A stretch of 62,844 nucleotides of DNA, the filler included, from Streblomastix strix (lineage: Eukaryota), in assembly GCA_008636045.1 (NCBI GenBank). It is 3 parts of 3 records of this genome, joined end to end, with 100 filler letters (N's around TTAATTAATTAA, not from the genome) between each part and the next. Parts side by side here need not be neighbours in the genome. Positions count along the whole stretch, not along the records: positions 21,005 to 41,878 come from SNRW01000411.1; positions 41,979 to 62,844 come from SNRW01000412.1; 1 more part is not named here. One strand, 5' to 3'. Under the pieces are notes generated by a model. It had not been told where the DNA came from. It made no database searches and was given only the letters and a program-made list of their open reading frames with translations. Made by a program: the position numbers and the translations under genes. Position 1 is the first letter of the stretch. Every line of letters starts with the position of its first letter. This document shows positions 27,008-62,058 of the stretch, in pieces.

Positions 27008-30000
27008 ATGGAATCCGATTCAGATACAAATATTCCATAGGGTGAACAGTCAGCTTATAAATTGTTTGAGAGTGAATAACTTGATGTAATTAAAAATGAG
27101 CATCCAGATTGGAATCAGAAAGAAGTTATATCTGCAATTCAAATCAGATGGAAAGAATTGGAAAAAACCGATAAAAAAGTATGAGTTTTATTATTTAATA
27201 AATATTAATAAAAATTATTTTCTAATTTATTTTCGATGATTAATATTACTCCATTTTAGGATTAACTAAGAAAATTTAAGCAGATAAAAGATGAAGATAG
27301 AAAAGAAGATATTTCATTAAATGAAACTAATATGTAAGTTGAAAGTAAATGATTATATAAATTAATATTTTAATTTTTATAATTGAATTTGAATTTAAAA
27401 ATAATTAAAAATTGGAATTAGTTTTTATAAACTAACAAAGATTAATATTATTCTTAATTTGAGATTTTAATATAATGTTTTCATGCATATTATTCTTTTA
27501 GGATCTTAGTAATAGTAATATTATTTTGAGAATGAAAATGAAAGATTAAAGTTGACTGATGATTAAGAATTGAATAATAATATTACTGAATAATCTTAAA
27601 ATTAATCTGAAGTAAAATAATAAGCAGGTAAATAATTGAATTAATTTTATAATTACTACAATATTTATAATTATATTATTCTGTAAATAAATTATAATAA
27701 TTTGAATTTGAATATATTAATTTATTTTAATCTTAATACACTTTCAGCTTAATCAACATCAAATATCAAATCAAATCTATTTGAAGTATAACCACTTCGG
27801 TTAAATTTTTCCATTTCTAAAGCTCCATCTGCAATAAGAATTGGTATGATCTATGAATTTGTTTATTAACGTAATTATCTTGCTCGATATGAATAAAGAT
27901 TATAATTTGAAATAATTATTTTTGATTATAGATATAATTACTTTATAATTCTATGATTTTTAATAATGCAATTCTTTATATATATATTAATAATAATAAT
28001 TAATTAATTATTATTTTGTGTTTTTCTTATTTATTAAATATTTGTAGACGAATCTAATAAGAAAAAAGAAATTATTTAAAATATAATTTCATCAAAATCA
28101 TTATCAGACTAAGTGAAAAGTTAATAATTAAAATATAAATTAGAAGAATTGAAAAATAAAGATTATTATTAAATTTTACAGATTTTTTAATTATAACTTT
28201 AGATATAAATTTTCAATTATATTGGAACTTGTTCTACCAAAACAGAAAAAGTGATATTAGAAATTATTGAATTAATTGTGAATAAAGGAGAATTATAATA
28301 TGAATAGAATTACTTTTTAGAAAGCTTTTCAAATTCAGGAATATTAAATAAGATTGAAACATAAATTAAAGAAAAAGTTAAATAAGAAGATAAAGAAAAT
28401 GAAAATAAATCTTATTCAGAAATAATTGAATAATTAGTAAAGATTTATTTGAAAATAATGAAAAGATAAAAGATTGATTCTGAGATGAAAGATTACTGTG
28501 GAATAGTATTGGATAGAAGCATATCTAATATTTTAGGAACGTGGTTATTATCTGAAGAAGAAAAAGAAAAGGAAACTAAAAAGTTTTATGAAGAAATTAA
28601 AAATAAGAATTATTCTGAATTGATAAATATATTTGATTCAGAAATGTTAATAATTATTTTGAATAGGATTGGAAATTGTACTACTTCATCAGAAAAAGTG
28701 ATATTAGATATTATTGAAATAATTATGAATAAAGAAAATTAATAAGAAGAATAAAATTCCTTTTTTGAAAGTTTCTCAAATTCAGGATTAATAAATAAGA
28801 TTGAAACATAAATTATAGAAAAAGTTAAATAAGAAAATAAAGAAAATGAAAATAAATCTTATTCAGAAATAATTAAATAGTTAGTAAGGATTTATTTGAA
28901 AATAATGAAAAGATAAAAGATAGATTCTGAGATGATAAATTACTGTGGAAAAGTATTGGATAGAAGCACATCAAATATTTTAGGAACGTGGTTATTATCA
29001 GAAAAAGAAAAAGAAATAAAAGCAAAAACATTTTATGAAGAAATTTAAAATAAGAATTAATAAGATTTGAGAGAAATATTTGATTATGAAATGTTATTAA
29101 TTATTTTGAATAGGATTGGAAATTGCTCCACATCATCAGAAAAGATGATATTAGATATTATAGAATTGATTGTGAATTATGGAGAAAAATAATTTAATTA
29201 GAATACTTTTTTCTAAGACTTCTTTAATTCTGAATTGTTAATTAAAATTGAATCGTTAATTATAGAGAAAGTCAAATAAGACGATAAAGAAAATGAAAAT
29301 AAACCTTATTCTGAAATAATTGAATAATTAGTTCGAGTTTATTTGAAGATAATGAAAGGATTGAAGATTGAATCTGAGATGATAGATTTTTGTGGAATAG
29401 TATTAGATAGAAGCGTTTCTAATATTTTAGGATCTAACTTATTATCTGAAGAAGAAATTGAAATCAAAACTTAAAAGTTTTTTGAAAAATTAAAAAATAT
29501 GAATTAATAAGAATTGACAGAAATATTTGATAATGAAATGTTATTAATTATATTGAATAGGATTGAAAATTGTTCATCTAAATATTAAAAAACTGTAATT
29601 GAAATAATTGAATTAATTGCTAATAATGGAGAATAATATTAAGTATAAAACTTATTCTTCACAATTTTCTCAAATTCAGGATTATTAAATAAAATTGTAG
29701 CATTAATTAAGTAAAATGTTGAATAAGAAGATAATGAAAATAATAATAAACCCTATTCTAATATATTTATGCAACTAATTTACATTTATTAAAAGATAAT
29801 GAAAAAGTAAAAGTAATTAAATGAAAAAATAAATTAATTATGTAAAAGAGTTATTAATTAGAAATCATCATCAATATTTGGATCATAATCTCTTTCAGAA
29901 GAAGGAAAAGAATTAAAATATAAATCATTTTATGAAGAATTGAAATTAAAAGATCTTAACTAATTGAAAGTAATATTTTTTGGAATATTCCCAATAATTA

Positions 30001-31583
30001 AATAGAATATTGGAAATTGTTAGACATTATCAGAAAGAATGATATTGAATATATTAGAATATGTTTCTGGACGAGGTATTATAAATGGCAGAAATGCATT
30101 TAAGGAAGATTTTGAAAGATCTTGCCTTTAGAAAAAGATATAATAATTGATTGAATATAAAGATATCTCTAATAAATAGTACTATTAAAATAAAAATACT
30201 ATATATGATTAAGAATTAAGTGAAGAAGAAAATAAAGAAAATAATAATGAAGATATTAATTAAATAAAACTAGATTCAAATGTCAGAGATCAGTTGATAC
30301 TAATATATTTATATATGGATGATCTTAATAATATTGATTCAAATATGATCAAAGATTATGGAAAAGCGTTAAAATCAAAGATATCACAATTATTGGACAC
30401 ATTCAAATAATTAAAAGAAAAGTTGAATAATGAAATATCCATTGGAGATGATAATTATTTTGAAAATGAATTAGAAAAAGGCAGAATATTAATCAAAACA
30501 GCAGGATAGATCCAATATTGTAAAGACAATAATATATATCGTTTTCATTCTGATAATATTCCAAGTTGTATAATTGACATATTTAATTCTGAGGTTATAT
30601 CTCTACTCACATTAACTTTTGAAACACTTAAATCTTCACATCAAATCAATATTTGCTTAAATCAAAGCATCATGAAACTTTAAAATGAAATATTTTATAC
30701 TTATTTGGACTTACTAGAGAGATGTATTTTTGATGATTACTAGTTTTATGGTATATTTGATCCAATTTTCCCTGACATTTCTTAAATTTTAAACGACCTT
30801 GCGCCAAATTAATTGTCTATTGAAAAAACAAAGATGAATAAAAATGAATTAAATCCAATTATGTCTTCTTCTTTCTCTTTTAAATATATATCATTTGCTT
30901 TGAATATCCTTCATAAACTTCTTTGGAAGAATTATAATAATTGTCTGAAAGCTTCTTCTATACCAAATTTAATATCTACAATCTACAAATTATGCATATT
31001 CAATATTGAAATATTAATTAGTGACAAAGAAGGTTTAGAAATTGAAGATATTAAATGGCATAGTTATAGAAATCTTGGTTGGATTCAATGTCATGGAGAT
31101 AATGATGCCCAATCCCAACTTTGCAAATTAGGTTATGCTGGAATGATGGCAGTTGCTGTCGGAATATGTGGTGGTAGTATTGTAAATAATAATTTAGATA
31201 TAAAATCTGCATTATCCAGCATTGGATGTTTCTTCAGTAGGATCCATGAAGGAAGATAAATTTATAAAGAAGAAATTGATGATCATATTTCATTCCCACC
31301 GCAACCAGAGCTTATCAAACCTTCTGAAGAGTAATTTGAGGAAGAAGGTGGGAATGAAGAGATTGAAGCATTGTTGATAAACAAAGGAAGAAATAAATTT
31401 GATGATGATAGTATCAATGTTAGAGCAATCAGAGCCAAGTACGACATATTAAATTCATATATTGACAAATAGAATAAATAGATAGGATGGTATGAATATG
31501 AATATTATTTTAATGAAAATAGAAATTAAGTTTTAAAATATAATGGAGATATTGATGATGAAAATTTGAACAACGAAGATTGA
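27008..31583 (+). CDS. HMG-box protein with ~4.5 tandem 149-aa helical (ARM/HEAT-like) repeats, copy 1
   Basis: ATG 27008. HMG box SAYKLFESEQLDVIKNEHPDWNQKEVISAIQIRWKELEKTDKK. Four short GT-AG introns, then a long exon with 447-bp periodicity. C-terminal SFPPQPELIKPSEEQFEEEGGNEEIEALLINKG. First TGA at 31581-31583. Confidence 0.8.
28090..30150 (+). repeat. 447-bp (149-codon) coding tandem repeat
   Basis: TTTTAGGA anchor at 28531, 28978 and 29425, with a diverged unit at ~29875; unit reads ILGTWLLSEEEKE..ILNRIGNC..SEKVILDIIE..FSNSGL..KIE..YSEII.QLV.IYLKIMK..YCG.VLDRS. Confidence 0.88.
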
Positions 31584-32155
31584 AATAATGATGAAGATCA
31601 AGATAATGTTTCAGAATATAGAATTGAAATTTGAAATGAAGAAAACAGAATTGATTGTAATAATATTGATGATGGATATAATGACTTATGAGTGTTTAAT
31701 TTGATATTTTTTCTGTATTTTTCAATCATTCGATGAGTTTTAATAAAACAGATAAAAATTAAAGAATAAATCATTCCCTACTTCATTAATAATTTTCTAA
31801 ATTTTTTAAATTTTTACAAATTAATACAGTTTAAAATTAGAAATCAAAATGAGATCAGAATTTATTGTTTATTCAGAAAATTTTTAATTTCAATGATTTT
31901 TATTAGAAATATATAAAACACGACCCGAAAAGTTTATTGCTTGTTATTAAATTAATAAATACTAAACATATACATAATATTTATATTTTTTTAACTACGC
32001 ATAAAATTACATTATAATACGATATAGAAAATGAAATTTGAATTTTGAAAATTTAAAATCACCAATTTAAATGTATTTTATATTTTCAAAGTCTTTTTAT
32101 TTGTTTAATTATTTAGAACAAATATATTTGCGCATATTTCCATCTTTAAATAAGT

Positions 32156-38040
<5,885 letters not shown>

Positions 38041-39106
38041 CACATAAAAGAGAAATTGTTATTTATTCAAAATTTAGAATAATATAATATTTTTTTTTTA
38101 AATACTAATTTACTAATAAATTGTATGAGATTATGTCGAAATAGAAAATGTTTACTTTTAATTACATATTTTGAATAATTTGGCAATGAGAAATAATTAT
38201 AAATATTGCATTTTTAGAGTTTGATGAAAATTTCAATAATTGGTATTTTTCAAATTAGTCGCGAACAGGAACGTGTCGAAACATATCAAATCTACTTTAT
38301 TAGTTTAAATAAGCTTCTTTTCTTAATTCCAAATAAAATTTTAATTATTAATCTTTTATACTAAATTTTGACGACATTTTTTTTTATTTTGCCTGCCTTA
38401 TTATGCACGAGTTTCAAATCAACATTTTTAACATAAAAATTATATTAAAAATTTAATATTTTAATATTTATTTATTAATTTAATTAAATCTACCACAAAA
38501 ATAGTCAAAAAAACAAGACTGTATTTTTTTCATTTTATAATAAAAAATGCGGCTATGACATACTAAATCTCCTAACAAAAATATTTTCTTATTATTCTAT
38601 TTATGTTTATTACAATATTTTCACTTTTTAATTCATTTATCATGTTGATAATGTCAAACATGGTGAATTATATTAAATTTAGCACAATGATTAAAATTTC
38701 ATTAAAAATACAGCCGAATTTCCAAATAGATTACATACTCATCATAATTATATACGCTAAGTAGAATTGGACCTTTAATTTGAACAAATAAATATAACAT
38801 TGAATTGAAAAAAGTGCTACAATTTCTGAAGAAAACTATTTTTCAGTCTTTTTCAGTGATATGAAACAAATTATTATATTTTTATTTGATATTAATTTTA
38901 AATCATATTTTCTACCAATTAAATATAACTTTTACTCTTTTCTCAAAAATAAAAATATTCTTAATAAATTTAATATTAAACTAAATATAATTATTAATAT
39001 ATTAATCCATTCCAATTTATCTTTCACTTATTTCAAATAAATTTTTTGATAAAAATTCTATAATTTTATTTATTTGTTATTATTATAATTAAAGAATCAG
39101 GATAAA

Positions 39107-41878
39107 ATGGAATCCAAATCAGATACAAATATTCCATTGGATGAACAGTCTGCTTATAAATTGTTTGAGAGTGAATAACTTGATAAAATTAAAAATGAAC
39201 ATCCTGATTGGAATCAGAAAGAATTAACATCTGCAATTCAAATCGGATGGATAACATTAGAAGAATCCGATAAAAAAGTATGAGTTTTATTATTTAATAA
39301 AATACTAATAAAAATTATTTTCTAATTTATTTACGATGATTAATATTACTCCATTTTAGGATTAATTAAGAAAATTGGTGCAGTAAAACGATGGCTATAG
39401 AAAAGAAGATGTTTAATTTACTGAAACTGAGATGATGGGTGAAGGTAAATGATTATATAAAATAATAATTTAATTTTATAATTAAATTTAAATTTAAAAA
39501 TATTTAAAAATGGAATTAGTTTTTTATAAACAAGTAAAGATTAAAGTTATTTTTAATTTGTGATTTAAATATAATGTTTTCATCCATATTATTTTTTTTA
39601 GGGTCTTAGTTATAGTTATAGTATGTTGAGAATGAAAATGAAAGATTAAAGTTGACTAATGATTAAGAATTGAATAATAATATTACTGAATAATCTTAAA
39701 ATTAATCTGAAGTAAAATAAGATGCAGGTAAATAATTGAATTATTTTTATATTTCCTACAATTTTTATAATTATATTATTCTGCAAAAAAATTATTAATA
39801 ATTTGAATTTGAATATATTAATTTATTTTAATCCAGATACACTTTCAGTATAATCAACATCAAAAATCGAACCATATCCTTTTGAAATATAATCAATTCA
39901 GTCAGAATTAACCATTTCTAATTTTCCATCTGCAATAAGAATTGGTATGTTCAATGAATTTGTTTATTAAAATTAATTATTTTGATCCAAATAAATAATG
40001 TATATTGTTTAAATCGTAATTATATTTATTTATACAATATTTTATATTCTATTTTTATGTGAGTATAAAAAATAATTGTTTTACATATTTATATTTATAA
40101 TGTTTAATTAATATATATTTTTCATATTTTTTTATTATTAATAGATGAATCAAATAAGGAAAAAGAAGTTATTCAAAATATAATTTCATCAAAATCATTA
40201 TCAGACTAAGAGAAAAGTGAATAATTTAAAATTTTATTAGAATAATTGAAAAATAAGAATTATTTTGAATTGATAAATATGTTTGATTAAGAAATTTTAT
40301 TAGTTATTTTGAATAGGATTGGAAATTGCTCAACTTCATCAGAAAAGGTGATATTAGATATTATTTAATTGATTGTGAATAAAGGAAATAAATATGAAGA
40401 TTAAAATTCCTTTTTTGAAAGCTTCTCAAATTCAGGATTATTAAATAAGATTGAAAAAATAATTTAATAAAAAGTTGATTAAGAAGATAAAGAAAATGAA
40501 AATGAAAATAAACCATATTCAGAAATAATTGAATATTTAATTTGAATTTATTTGAAGATAATGAAAGGATAAAAGATAGATTCTGAGATGATAGTTTACT
40601 GTGGAAAAGTATTGGATAGCACATCAAATATTTTTGGAAAGCGGTTATTATCTGAAGAAGAAAAAGAAATGAAAACTAAAAAGTTTTATGAATAAATTAA
40701 AAATAAGAATTAATCTGATTTGAGATATATATTTGATTAAGAAATGATATTAATTTTGCTGAATAGGATTGGAAATTGCACAACTTCATCAGAAAAGGTG
40801 ATATTAGATATTATTGAATTAATTTTGAATAAAGAAAATTAATTTGATGAATTCAATTCCTTTTTTGAAAGCTTCTCAAATTCAGGATTATTAAATAAGA
40901 TTGAAACATAAATTAAAGAAAAAGTTAATTTAGAAGATAAAGAAAATGAAAATAAATCTTATTCAGAAATAATTAAATAATTAGTAAGGATTTATTTGAA
41001 GATAATGAAAAGATAAAAGATTGATTCTGAGATGATAGATTACTGTGGAAAAGTATTGGATAGAAGCACATCAAATATTTTAGGAACGTGTTTATTATCT
41101 GAAGAAGAAAATGAAATTAAAACTAAAAATCTTTATGAAGAAATAAAAAATAAGAATTATTATGAATTGATAAATATATTTGATTAAGAAATGCTAATAA
41201 TTATTTTGAATAGGATTGGAAATTGCTCAACTTCATCAGAAAAGCAGATATTAGATATTATTTAATTGATTGTCAATAAAGGTGAATAACAATAAGAATA
41301 GAACTCCTTTTTCTATATTTTCTAAAATTCAGGATTATTAAATAAGATTGAAATATTAATTAAATAGTAAGTTGAATAAGAAGAAAAAGAAAATGAAATT
41401 AAAAACTATTCTAATATAGTTATACAACTAATTTACATTTATTAAAAGATAATGAAAGATCAAAAGGAAATAAATGAAAAAATTAATTTATTATGTAAAA
41501 AAGTTATTAATATCAATTTTTAATTCATATTTGGATCTGAATCTCTTTCTGATGAAGAAAAAGAAATAAAATTTAAATCATCTTATGAAGAATTGAAATT
41601 AAAAGATCTTAATTAATTAAAAGTAATATTTTTAGGAATATTCCCAACAATTAAATAGAATATTGGAAATTGTTAGACATTATTTGAAAGAATCATATTG
41701 AATATATTAGAATATGTTTCTGGACGAGGTATTATAAATGGATAAAATGTTTTTAAAAAAGATTTTAAAAGTTCTGGTCTATAAGAAAAGATATTAGAAT
41801 TAATTAGAAATATAGATATATCTGATGAATATTAATACAATTAATATTTTGATTATGTAAATTTTTTTGAAGAATTAA
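39107..41878 (+). CDS. HMG-box / 149-aa helical repeat protein, copy 2 (cut by scaffold end)
   Basis: ATG 39107; same exon structure and HMG box (SAYKLFESEQLDKIKNEHPDWNQKELTSAIQIGW) as 27008-31583; apparently one repeat unit fewer. Confidence 0.78.
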
Positions 41879-41978
41879 NNNNNNNNNNNNNNNNNNNNNN
41901 NNNNNNNNNNNNNNNNNNNNNNTTAATTAATTAANNNNNNNNNNNNNNNNNNNNNNNNNNNNNNNNNNNNNNNNNNNN
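41879..41978. other. Artificial scaffold-joining linker (N44-TTAATTAATTAA-N44)
   Basis: Identical structure to 20905-21004. Confidence 0.97.
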
Positions 41979-42761
41979 GAAGATCGACTCAAACGCAACA
42001 TGGCTTTGTTCGAGAAGAATTTATTTGGTGCCAATGAATTGGGAAATGCAGTAAGACTGAACCCACGTGCAAAATTGCAAGGCATTCATTGGTGAGAGGA
42101 GCTATATTACATTTCACGTATTTTATTTATTCAAATTACTATTATTTTAGTGGGAGATATCACTATTCATTATCCACTTTCTTTAGGATATTCCACATTT
42201 TACCAGTTTGAGACTCAATACACCTTCAACCATTATTTGCTATTTTCAAATTTCAATTTTCTGCTTGGTTTGTTATTTCTTTCAAATTTACTGATTAAAT
42301 CTTTTACAAATATTTTTGCTTTACTATCATAGATTGTAATTCTGTTTTTCTTAATTCGTTTCACTTGTGAAAAAAATTATTGAAATTATTTGGTTAAGAT
42401 TTACATCGCGCAATGTTTTAAAATAAGCTTATTTTTCAAAATTTTATTATAAAATATTAAATACTATGAAATTTTGTTATATAATCAGATTATTTTTGAA
42501 ATAATAGCTTCACAATTTCCACCTCAAATATTAAGCCAATAGAGAATTTATTTTCATATTAAATATTTCACCATGTATTAACTATAGGTTTAAAATCCGA
42601 TTTACATCTTTTCACTTTCTTTTATACTAATTTCATGCTATAAAGTACTTTGAAAGACCAAATTTACTAAATCTCATGTATAAATCGGACACATTATATT
42701 AACTCATTATTTTTATAATATTTATATATAAATAAAGCGTTATTTATCAATATCTAGTAAG

Positions 42762-58990
<16,229 letters not shown>

Positions 58991-59180
58991 GGAAATTGTA
59001 CGTAAATCAATAAAAAATGTAGATAAATAAATACTTGTGGCAAAATATCAAGTTTATGTTCGTATAATTTTATGTATTTTTCAAATGCTTTATTTTAAAA
59101 AAAGAAAACTTGTATTCAATAGAAATCATTTTATTTTCATTGTTGTCTTGTCTTTTCCTATCCAATTTTAGTTCTTTATA

Positions 59181-60692
59181 TCATATTCCCTTGCCTTTTC
59201 CTTCTTCATCAGTTTATGCTTCTATTTCCACTTTTCTTTCTCCATCTTGAATAAGATCTTATCTTCTTTTAGGTTCAGATTTTTTCACAAATATTGCGAT
59301 TCCTCTAAGCACAATTCCATTCGTTCTAAGAATAGCTTCTTGAACGTCTTTTTATTCTTTTATGGTAACTATTGCATTTTTAACATTTATTTCTTACTCT
59401 TATTATAAGATTGTTATTAATTTATTATTTAGTTTTACTTTCTTAATTGGAATTCCTTACACTTTGAATATTTCTTCCAATTCTTCTTTCATAACAGCTT
59501 CGTGAATGCATCCAATAAAAAGATCATTTTGGTGCTTATTTACATGAATAGTAGGAGCAATAGGAGGAAGAGAGAGATTATTGAGTTTATATTCCCATGC
59601 CGCTTAATATGCCCACAAACTTACATACGCATCTGTTGCGGCATATCGTATTTAACTCGCTGTTAGTTAATCCTTTCCCCAGTTCGACTTCTATTCTTTC
59701 TTAGATAAATAAACTCCAAGAAGGTTTGCACATAAACGTTGCAAACCAGTATCAGCCACCCCAATCTGCTTAGTAATATCTGAAAGTTCTATGAATCCTC
59801 GTGGCTCAAAGCTTTGAATTCTTAATAATTCTGATATATCTCCGCTTACAGCAACGCATATTTTCATTGGTTATTCAGCTGAGAATAGTGGAATAAGTGA
59901 TGATATTCCACCCAAATGTCTAATGGAGAAGAGCCAAGATTCTTTTTTATTTGCAATTTGTACAAGGCTTAAAATTGAGTGTCCTCCATGCCATTAAATT
60001 TAAGATTCTGTATCAAATCCCAAATATTCCTCTTCATTCAGAAGTTTATTTACAACTAATTATGCATCTCTTTATGTTTAGATTAAGTTTATTTTACCAA
60101 TGAATTCAAATTACTTTAATTTTTCAATTTAGTCTTTAGGAAATGTCTGAACAATTTGTCTTGGGAATCCTGGAGGTGGTATAAATTCGGTGTTTGTTGG
60201 AGGACGAGGTTCACTTAATTTTATCTAAGGAAGTGGATTTGATTTAAATTGATGATCTTAATCTGGCTTTGGATTATAGTAAGAGCTTTATTATTACTAT
60301 TACTATTGAAATCTAAATTAATTTTATATTTAGTTAATTTAAGAAATTGGTTATTAGGTCAGATTTTATTGTTGGTATAACAATGGAGGAGGTGTTGCAT
60401 GTTTTTGTTGATTAACATCTTCAAAATATGGTTTGATATCCATAACACAATCATTTAAAATACAACCATCTCTTTCAGATATTGCATTATCAGCGTCATA
60501 TTTGGTGGAAAACGAAACAACGAAAAATGTTACACTTGGATTAGTATTGTTATATTTCAACTAAATCCTTGTTGGATTGAATAGATTGAACTGTTTCTAC
60601 AATTCAACTCTTGGAGTGTCTGAAGGAATATCATTTATTCTTATTTTAAACATTGTAGAAGGTAACTAAAAAGGATTTCTTTGTTATGACAT
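59181..60692 (-). CDS. RRM - DEDDy 3'-5' exonuclease (WRN-exo/EXD2/RNase D-like) - RRM protein, 503 aa, intronless
   Basis: ATG 60692 to TGA 59183-59181. RRM1: KIRINDIPSDTPRVELQKQF..FFVVSFSTKYDADNAI. ExoI YLGFDTES, ExoII VAVSGDISEL, SNWGKDQLTASQIRYAATDAY (ExoIII). RRM2: DLFIGCIHEAVMKEELEEIF..NAIVTIKEQKDVQEAILRTNG. Confidence 0.88.
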
Positions 60693-60978
60693 CTATGTAT
60701 AGTAAAAATAATAAAATGGTAAATCAAATTATATTAATTAAAGATAAAAAATAGAACTGATAGTTAGGAAAGTACGTTTTTAAAATAATTTTTTAATAAA
60801 TGCTAAATACATATATACCTTATTATCTATTAATTAAATATTATTAATCATTAATATTACTTTATTTCTAAACTTTATTTTTAATATGAAATTTTGTTGG
60901 TACGCTTTAACCATAAATAATATAAATTTTCAAACATTGATGATATCCTTTAAATTTTTAAAATATACACATTAAAAT

Positions 60979-61045
60979 TAGTGATGGGCAATTTACCCAA
61001 AACCAGTAACCGGTACCCACCGGCAAAGTTTAAAATACCCATGCT
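60979..61045 (+). mobile_element. Possible DNA-transposon terminus (hAT-like TAGTGATGGG.. with TACCC/ACCGG subterminal motifs)
   Basis: Abrupt GC-rich TAGTGATGGGCAATTTACCCAAAACCAGTAACCGGTACCCACCGG after AT-rich DNA; no partner TIR found in the window. Confidence 0.4.
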
Positions 61046-61112
61046 TAAAAAATATACTGTCGGTTTTTGTTTTAGTAATTCGTAAAAGTTTTTTTCATTG
61101 AGGAAAATTCAA

Positions 61113-61582
61113 ATGTAGAAAGATTTATCTCCCACGGACAAGCTTGTACTAGGTTTTGATCCTTTTTTATTTGAGATTAGACTTGATGACTTCTATTCTG
61201 AGCAAGTTTGAGTATGTGTAATTAATTTCGTAACTGCGTCCATGCGACATTGCACGTTTGTTAGGTTGTGATCCATCACTAATTTCAGGAATACGACATA
61301 ATTGCAGATACAAAAAAAAAGGATCAAAAAAGAAATCTATATTTGACAGAAACGCAAGAGTTAATCGTATTGGAAAAGGTACTTCTAATAATGGACACGA
61401 AAGGAAATGTATTTGCATTTTAAATACAAGTTAAAGCTGCAAGATTAGCTAAAGAACTACCAAGTAAATGTTGCCATCTATTTTTACTTGGTTGACACAA
61501 AAAAGAAATAGGATTTGCAACTGCTGAAACAAAAGTGGAAGCACGTCTAAAGGTACTTTCAGAACTTATTCAACAATAATGA
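61113..61582 (+). pseudogene. Degenerate pogo/Tc1-mariner-type transposase N-terminus (HTH plus CENP-B-like HTH)
   Basis: Across two frameshifts it reads LRPCDIARLLGCDPSLISGIR (HTH) and LTETQELIVLEKVL..GNVFAFQIQVKAARLAKELPS..EIGFATAETKVEAR. Internal TGA; no DDE domain. Confidence 0.55.
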
Positions 61583-61652
61583 AAATTTAATTATTAATAA
61601 TGTATTTAGAAAATAATTTAGAAAATTAATTATATGAGATGATTAGAATAAA

Positions 61653-61740
61653 ATTAGGCGGCTTGAGGCTCGAGCATGGGAATTAGAAAATAAGAAAAAA
61701 TAAATTAAAAACAGGAATATTAGGCGGCTTAAGGCTCGAG
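61653..61740. repeat. Two 22-bp GC-rich direct repeats 66 bp apart
   Basis: ATTAGGCGGCTTGAGGCTCGAG (61653-61674) and ATTAGGCGGCTTAAGGCTCGAG (61719-61740). Confidence 0.85.
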
Positions 61741-62058
61741 ACAAATGAAGTTGGTTTATAAAATGATATTTGATATGAGTAATACGCTATGCTAGACATA
61801 GTCTTAGGCATGGATAACTACGTTAGGGAGGAATTAAATTATGGTTGATTTTGAAAGTTGATATCGATTTTACTATTGGATTTAGGAGTTGCTATTAAAT
61901 AACTAGTTATAAAGGGAAAATTTACTTATGAGTTACTACATATTTCAAAATGAGAGCTAGAAAAGCACTTACTTCATGAACTTCATCTTATCTTCTTTCT
62001 ATATAAAATGAAATAATAAGGAATTTTTATTAAGAAATTAATGAGATGTTCATTTTCA

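Noticed and set aside
41979..42330. Coding-like fragment at the start of scaffold C
   Set aside because: Several frames on both strands are partly open, the frames I followed hit a TGA, and I recognised no motif; strand and product cannot be assigned.
61653..61740. Repeat-spacer-repeat resembling a mini CRISPR array
   Set aside because: Only two units, eukaryotic context, low-complexity spacer and no cas genes.
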